Below, one piece after another: positions 9,132 through 17,958 of a DNA stretch of 64,000 nt. How positions within the stretch are numbered: position 1 is the stretch's first letter; every line of letters begins with the position of its first letter. The stretch is taken from sequence record PQ642267. The stretch is one strand, 5' to 3'. A program made the translations under genes and the position numbers. The stretch is from Shigella phage SH-2. The notes under the pieces are model-generated. The model worked only from the letters and a program-made list of their open reading frames with translations, searched no databases and was not told the origin of the DNA.

Positions 9132-10145
9132 TCATTTATAATAACTTCGGTGGTTTTCAAGATAAACCCTCTCAAGGAAGTCATCCCAGAAACCCATGTC
9201 TACTTTTTGTTGCATACCGTTCTTAGAAGCTTCAATGGATGCTGCTTCTACTTGATCGACCACATCTTCCAAAAACTCTTGAACGGTTTTAAATGGATGC
9301 TTACCCAGCTTCACGTCGAGAATAAATGGAGCGTCTTGAAGTGGATAAACTAAGTCACCAGTTTTGTAAATTTCCAATAGTTGGAGTCCACCACGACAAG
9401 CATGGCTCAAAGCTTTCCAGTCAATGCCCTCATTCGCTTCAGCTTTACGAGCACGTTCACCGTATTCGGCATCAAGTTTATTCAATGACTGCTTAAGCTC
9501 AATAAGAGAAAGTGTTGTCTGATATTTACGACCCAACACAGTGTAGAACGTTTGCGGGCCTGTTTTCTCATGATTATGGAATACCCATTCGCAGAATTCG
9601 TTCTCCGGAAGACGATGCTTAATATCTTCAACTTTAGTGCGACGCTGCTTAATGGAACCGTCTTCTTGGTAATCAACCCACTGATCAGGGATTTGATTAA
9701 CTACTTTCAATACATCACGCAATGCGGCCAAACGAGAACCCTTAACACCATATTTAGAAGCTTGCTTGCGGACATATCCTAAATAGGATTTCATGTTAGT
9801 CGTATAAAAACGAGAACGATTGTCTTGAATAAACTTCCATACATCAGGCAAATCAGATTTAACTACCAGTTCAGGTGGAGTGTGGAGCATATCCAATGCT
9901 ACGGTTTCACCATCTGCTGCTAATTTAAAGAAATACTTAAGACTGTATAGTTCATGGTCAATATCATCTTTAGTGTTTTTAGATGATGTGTTGTTAGTGT
10001 TTTTACTCATATGCTCTTTAACATTTCCGATAAGAATGTCGCGAGCAGGAGGAACAAAGATTTCTTTAAAATCTACATCAGATTCTGGAGTAGAAGTTCC
10101 ATAAAGATGACTACCAAAATAGCTTTTCATTACTGTTTTCATCAT
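9132..10145 (-). CDS. predicted nucleotidyltransferase-fold protein (Pol-beta superfamily signature GS-x10-DVDF)
   Basis: N-terminal GSHLYGTSTPESDVDF fits the [GS]-x9-13-D-h-[DE]-h motif; 337 aa; ATG at 10143-10145. Confidence 0.45.
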   Translation of the reverse strand: MMKTVMKSYFGSHLYGTSTPESDVDFKEIFVPPARDILIGNVKEHMSKNTNNTSSKNTKDDIDHELYSLKYFFKLAADGETVALDMLHTPPELVVKSDLPDVWKFIQDNRSRFYTTNMKSYLGYVRKQASKYGVKGSRLAALRDVLKVVNQIPDQWVDYQEDGSIKQRRTKVEDIKHRLPENEFCEWVFHNHEKTGPQTFYTVLGRKYQTTLSLIELKQSLNKLDAEYGERARKAEANEGIDWKALSHACRGGLQLLEIYKTGDLVYPLQDAPFILDVKLGKHPFKTVQEFLEDVVDQVEAASIEASKNGMQQKVDMGFWDDFLERVYLENHRSYYK

Positions 10146-10603
10146 TCAGCCTTATATTCAATAACAGGACATACTTTAGCTTTACGCGTTTTTAAAAATT
10201 CGACGATAATAGATTTCTTGGGTTTAATAGGAGGTAAACCTTTATACGCCCTATCAATATTTTCTACATGTAAAGCATAATCCTTTTTCCATTTATAATC
10301 TTTATATTTTTCATGCAGTTGTGCAGGAATAACAAATGAACCAATAATAAGTAAAACAAGCAAAATGGCAAGTATAAATGCTGATGGAATAAGAGTCCAT
10401 AAACTACCAAAAATAAGCCATTTCTGTATGATTTCTGCGCAGATGATAGTTAGACCTGCGAGTATAGTACATCCGAAAAAAGAAACGAAGAATGTAGGAA
10501 TAACAATAGACCAAAAATACGCACATAGTGTCTTAGGCCGTTTCCATTCATCATTAAACATTTTGAATAATTTATAGTGCCAAGAGTTTTCATTAATAAT
10601 CAT
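10142..10603 (-). CDS. predicted multi-pass membrane protein (153 aa)
   Basis: Several long hydrophobic stretches. Confidence 0.5.
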   Translation of the reverse strand: MIINENSWHYKLFKMFNDEWKRPKTLCAYFWSIVIPTFFVSFFGCTILAGLTIICAEIIQKWLIFGSLWTLIPSAFILAILLVLLIIGSFVIPAQLHEKYKDYKWKKDYALHVENIDRAYKGLPPIKPKKSIIVEFLKTRKAKVCPVIEYKAE

Positions 10604-10605
10604 AA

Positions 10606-11127
10606 TTATCCTTTCATTGATGGCGTAACAGTTGTTAAATACTTAATCATAGCTTCAGCTTCTGATTTTGATAATGAAATTTCTCCATTGTTTTGACGAA
10701 TAGAAATAAAATCCGGATGACGGTCACCACCAGCTTTTAAAACACACATATAAGTATCAGTTTCATCTTCAATATTTGAAACGATTGAAGCAGTTCCACA
10801 TGAATGTGGTTTTTGATAAATCAATGCAGCTTTTCTTCCACCGTTTGACTGTTCATAAACTTTTAACACATCAAACAAATCACTTCTTTTATCAATAGCT
10901 AAGATGTTGTTTTCATCTTCAATGTTAAATCCTTCGGATACTTCATAAAGTGTCACCCATAAATCACCTATATCGATAGTAGCATTTACTTTTCCACGGA
11001 TTTCAAGAGCATGACAAATTTTCTTGATTTCGTCATAACTCATTTTAATAATATCATCTCCTTGAATAAGGAAGATGTCATTTTTAAATTCAACACGAAT
11101 TAAACCGCTTTCACTTGAAATAAACAT
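10606..11127 (-). CDS. hypothetical protein, tandem paralog A (173 aa)
   Basis: Shares GFNIE motif and C-terminal K.EA.A.IKYL..V.P.M with adjacent gene. Confidence 0.5.
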   Translation of the reverse strand: MFISSESGLIRVEFKNDIFLIQGDDIIKMSYDEIKKICHALEIRGKVNATIDIGDLWVTLYEVSEGFNIEDENNILAIDKRSDLFDVLKVYEQSNGGRKAALIYQKPHSCGTASIVSNIEDETDTYMCVLKAGGDRHPDFISIRQNNGEISLSKSEAEAMIKYLTTVTPSMKG

Positions 11128-11133
11128 ATTTCC

Positions 11134-11700
11134 TCACTTTGAAATCATAGTTGGAATGACAGAATCAAGATAAGTCTTTAGCGCAATAGCTTCGTCTTTG
11201 GTAAATGTGACAATATGTGATCGAAAATCATCAATTTGACGAATAGTTAAGACATCTCCCTCTTCATAACATTTTGATACATTTAAAAGAGTTTCATCAT
11301 TCTGATCGCACTGATCACAAGCGTTAGTAATAATAGCATTGCAATTTTTAAGCCATTTTAAACTATGTTTTCTTTCATTAGAATAATAAAAATATTTAAC
11401 GTAAGTTATAAAATTATCCCAATTATTAATTGATAAGCATATTGACTCGCTTTCAATATTAAATCCTGGGCATAAAGAATAAAAATGAATTTTATGCTCA
11501 TCATTAATGCTTACAATTTTATCAGTGTAAGGATTTTCAATTTGGGTTAAATGAATGATTTCACTAGGAGTAAAATACAGCATATCGTCTTCTTGCGTCA
11601 AACGATACATATTATTTACTTTTTCTATAGCCAATTCACCAAAAAGTGAACTAACTTCTAGTACTAATCGTTTCATATTGATTCTCTTCGACTCACTCAC
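11134..11700 (-). CDS. hypothetical protein, tandem paralog B (188 aa; start uncertain, track start is GTG)
   Basis: Paralogous to 10606-11127; possible ATG start at 11676. Confidence 0.45.
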   Translation of the reverse strand: MSESKRINMKRLVLEVSSLFGELAIEKVNNMYRLTQEDDMLYFTPSEIIHLTQIENPYTDKIVSINDEHKIHFYSLCPGFNIESESICLSINNWDNFITYVKYFYYSNERKHSLKWLKNCNAIITNACDQCDQNDETLLNVSKCYEEGDVLTIRQIDDFRSHIVTFTKDEAIALKTYLDSVIPTMISK

Positions 11701-11835
11701 AATTACATACTCCTTTGAATAATATCAATAATGTTGTTCACCAGATTATAAGTAAACATCGGGTGATAATATTGAATCATCACATACACAACAAACAAAA
11801 CTTTCATTCTCTTCTCCCTGGCAGTTGACAAGATT

Positions 11836-11865
11836 ACTATACCATAACCTTGCCAACTTGTAAAC
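11836..11865 (-). promoter_or_regulatory. T4-type early promoter
   Basis: Minus strand GTTTAC (11860-11865) ... TATAGT. Confidence 0.45.
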
Positions 11866-12030
11866 CATTAAATGACGTTTTCAATAAAATTCTGGAGTTT
11901 TGTGTGAGCATCAACCATAATTTTCATTTCTTCCTTTGCGAAAGCTGTACCTCTTTCACGAGAAGAATACTCATAGTCAGAAACTGCATTAGCATATTCT
12001 TCAATTAGCTTCATTAAAAACATCTGCTTT

Positions 12031-12225
12031 TCAGTTTTCATTATTCCACCTAATCATTTCAAGATATTGAACTAACTTAGCTTTGGATTTATCCAAATCC
12101 CTTTTAGCTGCTGCTATACCTTCGTATGAATATCCTTCACAATGCTCAACTGCTAATTGATATGAATCTATTTCAACATCACGTGCTAATTTAATGATTT
12201 TTTCAAACTGTTCATGTGTCAGCAT
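12031..12225 (-). CDS. hypothetical small protein (64 aa)
   Basis: ORF track only. Confidence 0.4.
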   Translation of the reverse strand: MLTHEQFEKIIKLARDVEIDSYQLAVEHCEGYSYEGIAAAKRDLDKSKAKLVQYLEMIRWNNEN

Positions 12226-12227
12226 AC

Positions 12228-12467
12228 TTAAACTCTCGTATTGTGATCGATAATTTCATCAAGAAACATATCTAAAGCTTCTACAGCATTATCAACTTTA
12301 GCTTCAAGTTCTTCAGCGCCTTTATTTGCAATGCCTGCCGAAAACCAAGCAAAGTCACTAAGTTCCTCGTCTGCTTTGCGAATTAAAGCTACCAATTCTT
12401 TAATTTTATCTGCTTGTTCGATACTAATCATTATTCCACCACATATGAAAGAGAGAATATTGCACAC
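12228..12467 (-). CDS. hypothetical small protein (79 aa)
   Basis: ORF track only. Confidence 0.4.
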   Translation of the reverse strand: MCNILSFICGGIMISIEQADKIKELVALIRKADEELSDFAWFSAGIANKGAEELEAKVDNAVEALDMFLDEIIDHNTRV

Positions 12468-12619
12468 GCCATATGAGTTGCAGCTTCATCACACATATCA
12501 TAACGTTTCTTAAGAAGTTTTTCAAGTTCTTCACTGGTAACTTCATCCATGTCGACGAAAAAATCACCATTAATGATGACGTAGATATTTCCTTCTTGAT
12601 TAAGTGCTTCAATTTTCAT
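12431..12619 (-). CDS. hypothetical small protein (~62 aa)
   Basis: Track start 12664 lies inside promoter; ATG at 12617-12619 has GAGGAG SD. Confidence 0.4.
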   Translation of the reverse strand: MKIEALNQEGNIYVIINGDFFVDMDEVTSEELEKLLKKRYDMCDEAATHMACAIFSLSYVVE

Positions 12620-12646
12620 GATATTCTCCTCTTTATCCGATGGTTG

Positions 12647-12677
12647 TATAGTATCACAGCTCAAATGGAAAGTAAAC
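12647..12677 (-). promoter_or_regulatory. T4-type early promoter
   Basis: Minus strand GTTTAC (12672-12677) ... TACTATAC. Confidence 0.5.
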
Positions 12678-12687
12678 CGGTAAAATG

Positions 12688-12710
12688 AAAAAAGTCTCCC
12701 GAAGGAGACT
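12688..12710 (-). terminator. rho-independent terminator
   Basis: AGTCTCC-CGAA-GGAGACT hairpin plus T-run on minus strand, after stop at 12715. Confidence 0.6.
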
Positions 12711-12714
12711 AATG

Positions 12715-13101
12715 TTATTCGAGGGAAAGAAGATACTTACTTTGATAAAACATTCCAGTAATATCATCTATCGTGCTTTGAATGGCTGGAGGCATTTCTT
12801 TGTAAATGCTGTTAGATTGGTCTAATATGCGATCAATCATTTTAATTGTGTCGGTAGGAAGTTTACTGGCATCCGGAATTGACGGCGTGTATTTTCTACC
12901 AGAATACCCCAAATATTGCTCACCAAATTTATCAATCAAATCTGGTAACTCAGAGAAAATAAAATCGTATGCTTTGTGTCTAGCATAACTTTTAGTTTCA
13001 AAATGCGCAGAATGAAAATAAGCTTGCGCAGCCATTAATAAACCTAAGTATTCATCTGCCTTTGAAGGTTTTCCACTTTGTGAAAAGTCGCTGAATTTCA
13101 T
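12715..13101 (-). CDS. hypothetical protein (128 aa; T4 rI.-1 position)
   Basis: ORF track; position immediately downstream of rI. Confidence 0.45.
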   Translation of the reverse strand: MKFSDFSQSGKPSKADEYLGLLMAAQAYFHSAHFETKSYARHKAYDFIFSELPDLIDKFGEQYLGYSGRKYTPSIPDASKLPTDTIKMIDRILDQSNSIYKEMPPAIQSTIDDITGMFYQSKYLLSLE

Positions 13102-13391
13102 TCAGTCTCCAATTTAATGTTCATAATTCTAGCGTATGATTGTGCCATCTCCGCGCCTCGCTCTATACATTCAAAATCGGAAGAGCACGGGTCATTTTTA
13201 TAGGTCGTTCGCATAAAACTATAGAACTGTTCAGATGATTCTACGCTTTTATTTTCAAAAAGCATATAAACATGTCTAATACCAGATTCCATAAATTTAT
13301 CAAAATGAGGATCGACATTCGCTTCAATCGGTGGAGATAAAGCAAACGCTAATCCTAGCATGGCAAATAGTGCCGTTGCTTTTAAGGCCAT
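13098..13391 (-). CDS. rI: lysis-inhibition regulator RI (periplasmic antiholin, signal-anchor)
   Basis: 97 aa, MALKATALFAMLGLAFALSPPIEA signal-anchor, recognised as T4 RI-like; adjacent to tk as in T4. Confidence 0.75.
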   Translation of the reverse strand: MALKATALFAMLGLAFALSPPIEANVDPHFDKFMESGIRHVYMLFENKSVESSEQFYSFMRTTYKNDPCSSDFECIERGAEMAQSYARIMNIKLETE

Positions 13392-13403
13392 AAAGGCCTC
13401 CTA

Positions 13404-13616
13404 TCATTTTTGTCCTGTATTTACTTTGTGCCGATGCACGGCCTTAACTTTATCAAGGTATTTTTCAAAATTTCGCAATCTAGTATAGTCTGCCGGAGAT
13501 TGGTTGAGTGATACTTCTCGACGCAAAGCTGAAATGATATTTCCAACTTCCCTACGAATTTCATCTAATTGAAGAACAGTAAGATTGCGAAGTTGCTTTT
13601 CAGTTAATTGTAGCAT
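13404..13616 (-). CDS. hypothetical small protein (70 aa)
   Basis: ORF track; between tk and rI. Confidence 0.4.
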
Positions 13617-13658
13617 ATATACCCCTTTAGTTAGATAAACCTATTTATAACTTTTGCA

Positions 13659-14240
13659 CTAACCGAGCTTTTTAGTTAATTCATTCCAATGTTTTCTGCA
13701 CAAAGAAACATAAATTTCATCACCAATACAGATTTGATTACCTTCTTTAACTGGTGTTCCATCTTCCATTAATCGAGCCGTCATAATCGCTTTTTTACCG
13801 CAATGACAAACTGCCTTTAGTTCAATAAGTTTATCTGCAATCGCCAAAAGTTCTTTAGAACCTTCAAATAATTTTCCAGCGAAATCAGTCCTTAGCCCAT
13901 AAGCCATAACAGGAACATTGTATGTATCGACAATTCGGCTTAATTGATGCACCTGTTCAGTTTTTAAAAACTGAGCTTCATCTACAAATACGCAATGAAT
14001 ATCTTTTTGTGCTTCAGCCCATTTATAGAACTCAAAAATATCCATATCATCCGTAATAATATTCGCTTCCTGCTTAATTCCAATGCGAGAAACGACTTCA
14101 CAGACAGAATCGCGAGTATCAATAGCAGGTTTAAGAACTAATACACCCATTCCGCGTTCTTTATAATTATGCGCAGCAGTCAAAAGAGAAGCAGATTTTC
14201 CAGCATTCATTGCTGCATAAGTAAAAATTAAACTCGCCAT
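13659..14240 (-). CDS. tk: thymidine kinase
   Basis: 193 aa; P-loop AAMNAGKS; zinc-ribbon CHCGKK...C..C; T4 Tk-like. Confidence 0.85.
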   Translation of the reverse strand: MASLIFTYAAMNAGKSASLLTAAHNYKERGMGVLVLKPAIDTRDSVCEVVSRIGIKQEANIITDDMDIFEFYKWAEAQKDIHCVFVDEAQFLKTEQVHQLSRIVDTYNVPVMAYGLRTDFAGKLFEGSKELLAIADKLIELKAVCHCGKKAIMTARLMEDGTPVKEGNQICIGDEIYVSLCRKHWNELTKKLG

Positions 14241-14249
14241 ATCACCTTC

Positions 14250-14456
14250 TTAAAGCGTATTCACATAAGCTATTAATTCGTTTTCTTTCTTATCAAACCG
14301 GTCAGCAAATTCTTCTTGCTGTTCGGGAGATAGCGGGCCGTATTCATCATAAAAGGTGTTTGCTTCTGTATGCTCATCTAGAAGTTCATGGATAAGCTCA
14401 AACAATTTATCTTTTTGTTCTTTACTCAGACTCATAACCATGTAACCTTTAAGCAA
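14250..14456 (-). CDS. hypothetical small acidic protein (68 aa)
   Basis: ORF track only. Confidence 0.4.
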   Translation of the reverse strand: MLKGYMVMSLSKEQKDKLFELIHELLDEHTEANTFYDEYGPLSPEQQEEFADRFDKKENELIAYVNTL

Positions 14457-14644
14457 TATTCTTCTACATGTTGTTTACGACCTTTCCTATCAATAAAGGT
14501 ATATTCAACGAATGTTCCAATATAATCTTTATCTACATCATGAGAACTATTAATTGGGCATTTAGTACGGCAAATGCGTTCCCATTGACGAATAATTTCC
14601 GCTTTGTTTTTAGGATCAAACGGATGCGGGTAATGTACTTTCAT
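14432..14644 (-). CDS. hypothetical small protein (70 aa)
   Basis: ORF track only. Confidence 0.4.
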   Translation of the reverse strand: MKVHYPHPFDPKNKAEIIRQWERICRTKCPINSSHDVDKDYIGTFVEYTFIDRKGRKQHVEEYCLKVTWL

Positions 14645-15095
14645 AATCCACCACTATTAAATCAATATCAGGAGTAAACATATCGATTAATTTAGAAACC
14701 TTATCCCAATCACCGCCAGCAATACCACAACCTATGCGTGGAATGTAAATTACTGGTTTAAACAAAAGGGTCTCTGCCTGTAGATTTAATTCTATCATGC
14801 AGTTTACTAAAGCACCATAATCAAGATTAGGACCCGGTTCGTATTGCGTATACAGGTTATAGCATATACCAAATCCCGTAGGACTATGTTTAAAAACAAT
14901 AGACATATCGCCTAATTTATCGCGAGAACCGTACTCGGTAGTAGTTTTATCTATTTCTAAAATTTTGGGATAGGCTCTTGCTAATTGACCCGCTACACCT
15001 GAACCCATAGTATGAAAACAATTGCACCCGTGCGCAATAATATTACCTTGAAGAAATAGGGCGACAATATCGCCCTTGATATATTTTACAATCAT
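14616..15095 (-). CDS. macro-domain protein (Poa1p-like ADP-ribose-processing fold)
   Basis: GDIV...AHGCNCFHTMGSGVAG and PRIGCGIAGG motifs match macro-domain signatures; 159 aa. Confidence 0.6.
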   Translation of the reverse strand: MIVKYIKGDIVALFLQGNIIAHGCNCFHTMGSGVAGQLARAYPKILEIDKTTTEYGSRDKLGDMSIVFKHSPTGFGICYNLYTQYEPGPNLDYGALVNCMIELNLQAETLLFKPVIYIPRIGCGIAGGDWDKVSKLIDMFTPDIDLIVVDYESTLPASV

Positions 15096-15433
15096 CTAGT
15101 ACTCAATCCTCGATTATAAGAATCTACCAAACGGTCAACCATTGAATGACAAGCGGCTTTATCTTTCTCCTCCGCAACTGAACATTCTAAGGTATTCCAC
15201 TTTTTAGCATATCGTTTTAACAATGTATCATTTTTATATCTACTTGATTTATCTCTTTCTCCGTCTTTATATGCATATATTAATTTCTGCGCAAATTCAG
15301 CTTGGCATGCTTTATTTTTCCCGCAATAATCCGCGGCAGTACGATTTACATACTCTCTAATTTCAGTATATGATGTATTTGCTAACGCAGAAAATGAAAT
15401 TAATCCTATACATAAAACCAAAATTTTAGTCAT
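15092..15433 (-). CDS. small secreted/periplasmic protein (113 aa, signal peptide)
   Basis: N-terminal MTKILVLCIGLISFSALA; possibly the vs-position gene but not recognised. Confidence 0.45.
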   Translation of the reverse strand: MTKILVLCIGLISFSALANTSYTEIREYVNRTAADYCGKNKACQAEFAQKLIYAYKDGERDKSSRYKNDTLLKRYAKKWNTLECSVAEEKDKAACHSMVDRLVDSYNRGLSTR

Positions 15434-15971
15434 TTACTATTTCCAAAAGTTTATTATTTTTAAGGTAGTTAGCCTTTTCTAGGACTTCAGAAGCATATTT
15501 AGAACCTGCTTTAACATTCCATCCCGAATTATAAGAGGATATAGCCTTTCTTATATCGCCCTTATGTATATTTAACCAATAAGAAAGTTCAATGTACGCC
15601 CAGGAAGCTGAATTGGACCGTTTATTCAACATTCTTTTTATTTCGGCATCGGTCATATTATAACCAAGTTCCTTAACTCTTGCTCGCATAGTTGGCAAAT
15701 AATTTTGGAACATTCCATAGGCATGATGTTTTGGTTTAGATTTTAAATTAACTCCGGCAGAGCTTTCTTGCCATAAAATAGCAGCCATTATATGACCTAA
15801 TCCGCTCTTATGGATATTTTTGTGTGTTTTATATTTTCCATCCTTAGAAAATTGTTCCCCGAATTGATACGCGTAACGCATGTTATCGAGTTGGACATTA
15901 CTGAAAGTATGCTCGGAGCTATGTGCCATCATAGAAATGGCCAATAGACCAGCGAGTAGTGCTTTTCTCAT
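15426..15971 (-). CDS. periplasmic lytic transglycosylase-like protein (SLT domain, signal peptide)
   Basis: Signal peptide MRKALLAGLLAISMMAHS; catalytic-region motif WQESS...YGMFQ typical of SLT domains. Confidence 0.55.
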   Translation of the reverse strand: MRKALLAGLLAISMMAHSSEHTFSNVQLDNMRYAYQFGEQFSKDGKYKTHKNIHKSGLGHIMAAILWQESSAGVNLKSKPKHHAYGMFQNYLPTMRARVKELGYNMTDAEIKRMLNKRSNSASWAYIELSYWLNIHKGDIRKAISSYNSGWNVKAGSKYASEVLEKANYLKNNKLLEIVND

Positions 15972-15978
15972 GCTTACC

Positions 15979-16440
15979 TCATTGAGTTTTAATTACTGCT
16001 TTAGAAGCCTTTCCTGGTAAACGACGACTGTTAATAATTGCCATCCTGCATTGAAGCGACGGGTCTTTGAACTTCGCATTAGGTTTACAAACTGTAAATC
16101 CAAGCCAAAGATTTCCATCTGTGATTTCTAAACGCCCAGGACGATATTCAACCCCATCAATAAAATCCTCGTCAATGTCAGGACGCGGAGGCATACTCAG
16201 GAATTCATTAACTTCTAAAACATGGTCTTTTATTTTGTGGAATAATTCAAAAACATATGTCTCATCAATCTCCCGTTGAATTGCACGATCAAGAAGATGC
16301 TGAGAATATTTTAGATGAAACGATGAGACCCCTGCTGCTTTTGATGCCTCACGAATCTCATTGTTAATTTGACGAAACTCCGACTCAAAGTGACGACGGA
16401 GCTTATTTCGACGGATAAAAACTTCTGTGTTGATAGTCAT
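15979..16440 (-). CDS. regB: RegB-like sequence-specific endoribonuclease
   Basis: 153 aa starting MTINTEVFIRRNKLRR, recognised as T4 RegB-like; SD GAGGAG; own early promoter. Confidence 0.7.
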   Translation of the reverse strand: MTINTEVFIRRNKLRRHFESEFRQINNEIREASKAAGVSSFHLKYSQHLLDRAIQREIDETYVFELFHKIKDHVLEVNEFLSMPPRPDIDEDFIDGVEYRPGRLEITDGNLWLGFTVCKPNAKFKDPSLQCRMAIINSRRLPGKASKAVIKTQ

Positions 16441-16467
16441 GTTATTCTCCTCTTAACTGATAGAAAA

Positions 16468-16497
16468 ATTATACCACAGTCAAGAGGAAAAGTAAAC
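16468..16497 (-). promoter_or_regulatory. T4-type early promoter (GTTTAC, 18 bp spacer, TATAAT)
   Basis: Minus strand GTTTACTTTTCCTCTTGACTGTGGTATAAT upstream of regB. Confidence 0.55.
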
Positions 16498-16499
16498 AG

Positions 16500-16820
16500 T
16501 TATTCTTTAAATCTAATCAATTTATTCATAGACTTTGTAACTTCTGCACGAACCTCATGTAGGTTTTTAAGCTGTTCAAGACGCTGCTCATAGTAAGCAA
16601 TTTCATCTTCTTCGAGACAGTCCTGCGAATCTTCTTTAAGATAACGTGCATAGTCCTGGAAAGCTTTACGGACTACTTCCTGGAAGTCATCAAGACTTTG
16701 AATTTTCTTAGGAGCAACAGATACACGACGAGGGGCAGTATAATACTCATAACCAAACCCTGCGCTTAATTGAGCCATTAATATTTTTCCTCTGGTTGGA
16801 ACACAGCACGACAAGCCCAC
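16500..16820 (-). CDS. hypothetical protein (106 aa)
   Basis: ORF track only. Confidence 0.4.
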   Translation of the reverse strand: MGLSCCVPTRGKILMAQLSAGFGYEYYTAPRRVSVAPKKIQSLDDFQEVVRKAFQDYARYLKEDSQDCLEEDEIAYYEQRLEQLKNLHEVRAEVTKSMNKLIRFKE

Positions 16821-17044
16821 ATACTGGCTTCTTTGAGTTTCGTTTTAGCAATAGTTAACTGATCAAGACTTTCAGCATAATTCTTCGCGAATTCACAGTC
16901 TTCACAATTATCTAGTGCTTCCCAGAATTCATCATATAAAGCATCAAAGATAAGTCCTAAACGAACTTCAGCATCTTTGATAGCATTCACTTTACCGATT
17001 TTCTCTTCAGTATGTGGCTTATAACCCTTAATATCTTCAATCAT
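16778..17044 (-). CDS. hypothetical protein (88 aa)
   Basis: ORF track only. Confidence 0.4.
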   Translation of the reverse strand: MIEDIKGYKPHTEEKIGKVNAIKDAEVRLGLIFDALYDEFWEALDNCEDCEFAKNYAESLDQLTIAKTKLKEASMWACRAVFQPEEKY

Positions 17045-17258
17045 ATTTTACTTCCTCACCAGTACCTAAATCATATTCAACTAAACGAATAGGTTCATGA
17101 ATGCCATATCCCTGAACAGTGATATCGGTTGTCGGATATTTTCCGGTAATATCACCCATTCTAAATGCTTCAATGAATGATTGCTCGCCTGAATTACTAA
17201 ACCACTCGGCGAAAGCATTTAGCACATCTTTAGAACCTTCAATAATTATCTTTGCCAT
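17037..17258 (-). CDS. hypothetical protein (73 aa)
   Basis: ORF track only. Confidence 0.4.
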   Translation of the reverse strand: MAKIIIEGSKDVLNAFAEWFSNSGEQSFIEAFRMGDITGKYPTTDITVQGYGIHEPIRLVEYDLGTGEEVKYD

Positions 17259-17620
17259 TACAGACTCTCGGTAAAGGTACGAGCGATAACGTCGCGCTGC
17301 TGTTCCGGAGTCAGAGAGTTAAAGCGAACTGCATAACCGGATACACGGATGGTCAGCTGCGGATATTTTTCCGGATGCTTAACTGCATCTTCCAGAGTTT
17401 CACGACGCAGAACGTTAACGTTCAGGTGTTGACCACCTTCAATTTTAACTGTAGGTTGTGTTTCAATTTCAATTTCACGGGCATGCAAACCGTAGAAAAT
17501 TTCCGGGTCTACAAAAGAGTCCTCTTTAAAGGTTTTAGAGACAATAATTCGTGCTTGAATACCATCTTCAAAATAAATAGTACCTTTATGCGTGCCTTCA
17601 AGAATTTGATATGCTTTCAT
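17258..17620 (-). CDS. autonomous glycyl-radical cofactor (GrcA/YfiD-like; T4 Y06I-type)
   Basis: C-terminal ...[59 protein letters not shown] with the RVSGYAVRF glycyl-radical motif; ATG at 17618-17620 (track start is TTG). Confidence 0.75.
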   Translation of the reverse strand: MKAYQILEGTHKGTIYFEDGIQARIIVSKTFKEDSFVDPEIFYGLHAREIEIETQPTVKIEGGQHLNVNVLRRETLEDAVKHPEKYPQLTIRVSGYAVRFNSLTPEQQRDVIARTFTESL

Positions 17621-17628
17621 ATAACCTC

Positions 17629-17958
17629 TCAATTAGAAAATAAATTTATCCAAGATTGCTCTTTAATTAAAAATGGCTCAGAATCATATGCCATTAAACT
17701 TTGGGTGATTAGTCCTTTAAAAGGTCCATCAATAAATTCCATGGTAAAATATGGAATTTTATTCATTAATCTTGCATTAGGAGCAGTACACAAAACTCTG
17801 CATCCTTTGAATACGCCTTTTTGTAATTTGTATTGCTTAGGATAAAATTCGCTCAAGACGTTGTTATTTGCCAAAATTTCAAAATGATTCACCAATTTAT
17901 TTTTAATAGTTTTTGGCGAAAAATAAAGATATTCGAAAAGTTGCGTGTCTGTCATCAT
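17629..17958 (-). CDS. hypothetical protein (~109 aa)
   Basis: ATG at 17956-17958 overlaps upstream stop (ATGA); track start 18009 also ATG. Confidence 0.4.
   Translation of the reverse strand: MMTDTQLFEYLYFSPKTIKNKLVNHFEILANNNVLSEFYPKQYKLQKGVFKGCRVLCTAPNARLMNKIPYFTMEFIDGPFKGLITQSLMAYDSEPFLIKEQSWINLFSN

Noticed and set aside
17252-17845. Plus-strand 197-aa ORF
   Set aside because: Antisense to the GrcA-like gene and the neighbouring minus-strand gene; no SD; the whole region is transcribed on the minus strand.
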